The notes beneath the pieces were generated by a model. The model worked only from the letters and a program-made list of their open reading frames with translations, searched no databases and was not told the DNA's origin. From Somniosus microcephalus (lineage: Eukaryota), in the NCBI GenBank assembly GCA_052327205.1, contig JBMRGM010000039.1:7874001-7938000 (forward strand): DNA of 64,000 nt, in the 5' to 3' direction. Below are positions 63,770-64,000 of the stretch, in pieces; position 1 is the stretch's first letter; each line of letters starts with the position of its first letter. The position numbers were made by a program, and so were the translations under genes.

Positions 63770-64000
63770 GCGGGCCAAAGTGGGAGCTCAGCTCAGGTGA
63801 CTCGGGCCGGGCCTCAGGTGCTACGCCGCCCATGGGGGCTCCGGGGCAGCGGACCGCAGCGCGAGCTCAGCTCGGGTGACTCGGGGCCGGACTCAGGTGC
63901 TACGCTGCCCACTGGGGCTCCATGGCAGCGGGCCACAGTGGGAGCTTAGCTGCGGTGACTCAGGCCGGGCCTGAGGTGCTACGTCGCGCACGGGTGCTCT
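63770..64000. repeat. 79-bp GC-rich tandem repeat in ITFG1-like intron 1
   Basis: GAGCT(C/T)AGCT units at 63784, 63863 and 63942; the array runs off the window. Confidence 0.8.

Overview
Repeat-dominated vertebrate genomic DNA, most likely from a shark or other cartilaginous fish (inferred from an HE1/V-type SINE, CR1 tails, a Deu-SINE remnant and a GPR139-like receptor of the elasmobranch-expanded type). Nearly all short ORFs in the track are artefacts of tandem repeats or decayed retroelements. Layout: 1-17.1 kb is a 54-bp (3x18) TTGCAA satellite carrying a Harbinger derivative, CR1 inserts and an internal inversion. 17.3-30.7 kb is a CT-rich array carrying a full-length Gypsy element, an RTE and CR1s. 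30.7-39.6 kb holds LINEs, an 18-bp minisatellite, a Rex1/Babar fragment and a SINE. 40.1-53.6 kb is a two-exon GPR139-like pseudogene whose 12.5-kb intron contains an 84-bp array and a second full-length Gypsy. 54-63 kb holds L2, CR1 and Penelope fragments, a hammerhead ribozyme and a CR1-derived 98-bp tandem array. At the right end are a CpG-rich promoter and exon 1 of an ITFG1-like gene with an in-frame deletion. The most notable signal is in the two diverged, compact Gypsy elements. Both have a YLDN rather than YxDD reverse-transcriptase motif. Both lack a tRNA primer-binding site and instead carry a co-varying 13-14 nt sequence complementary to their own LTR poly(A)-signal region, which suggests tRNA-independent self-priming and/or occlusion of the 5' poly(A) site. 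All coordinates and counts were read by eye.
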